Shown here: piece after piece, positions 54,282 through 54,457 of the stretch
How positions within the stretch are numbered: the stretch's first letter is position 1
Layout: every line of letters starts with the position of its first letter
Virus genome (UHGV): UHGV-0096558
Length of the DNA: 54,457 nt
Strand: one strand, 5' to 3'
Source: a virus
Notes under the pieces: model-generated
The model's input: only the letters and a program-made list of their open reading frames with translations
Database searches by the model: none
Told to the model about the DNA's origin: nothing
Position numbers and translations under genes: made by a program

Positions 54282-54457
54282 TTATGCTATTTTTTCGTAA
54301 AGCACATTCATCTGTGTGCGAATCACTGTTAATATATTGATTGCTGCGTTCTTATTAATGCGTTTATTCGCTACTATTTTTGTTTTCCCATCAATAACAA
54401 CCAGATCTGCGTGCAATACATGGTTGAAGTTGACAATGTAATAATACTGTTTATCGC
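54282..54457 (-). CDS. hypothetical protein, C-terminal 57 codons; ORF enters from beyond the right edge
   Basis: Open minus-strand frame ending at TAA (54282-54284): ...DKQYYYIVNFNHVLHADLVVIDGKTKIVANKRINKNAAINILTVIRTQMNVLYEKIA; frame-compatible with the 5' fragment at 1-145. Confidence 0.4.
   Translation of the reverse strand, partial: DKQYYYIVNFNHVLHADLVVIDGKTKIVANKRINKNAAINILTVIRTQMNVLYEKIA

Overview
The window reads as a complete or near-complete genome of a temperate lambdoid siphovirus from an enterobacterial host, probably circularly permuted. All calls are from reading the sequence and from remembered protein families; no database search or computation was run. Layout: 1-16 kb is a lambda-like tail module (tape measure, M, L, K, I, J host-specificity protein, long tail fibre with a C-terminal S74-type intramolecular chaperone), interrupted by three small opposite-strand cargo cassettes. 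16.2-17.4 kb is a P4-type tyrosine integrase. 17.3-24.4 kb is a minus-strand early operon (O-like replication initiator with in-gene iterons, T5orf172-like protein, HTH-metallophosphoesterase fusion, DnaB-like helicase, NinB, AlpA-like regulator, several unknowns). 24.7-25.3 kb is a CI-like LexA-type repressor. 25.5-41.3 kb is a plus-strand operon with a near-consensus promoter, a long structured leader, an N-like arginine-rich protein, Erf, SSB, Dam-like and C5-cytosine methyltransferases, NinF/NinG/RusA, a Q-like zinc-finger protein and more than 25 small unknown genes. 41.4-42.5 kb is a pinholin / SAR-endolysin / Rz-Rz1 lysis cassette. 42.9-44.1 kb holds an HExxH protein and a tandem array of eight 22-31 codon single-helix peptide ORFs. 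44.1-54.3 kb is the head and proximal tail module (TerS, TerL, portal, MuF-like, scaffold-like, major capsid, connectors, tail tube, tail assembly chaperone). Most notable: the mini-peptide array, a recurring TATACAAAATG-type motif enriched in intergenic regions, and the cargo cassettes inside the tail operon. No tRNA, rRNA or CRISPR array was recognised.
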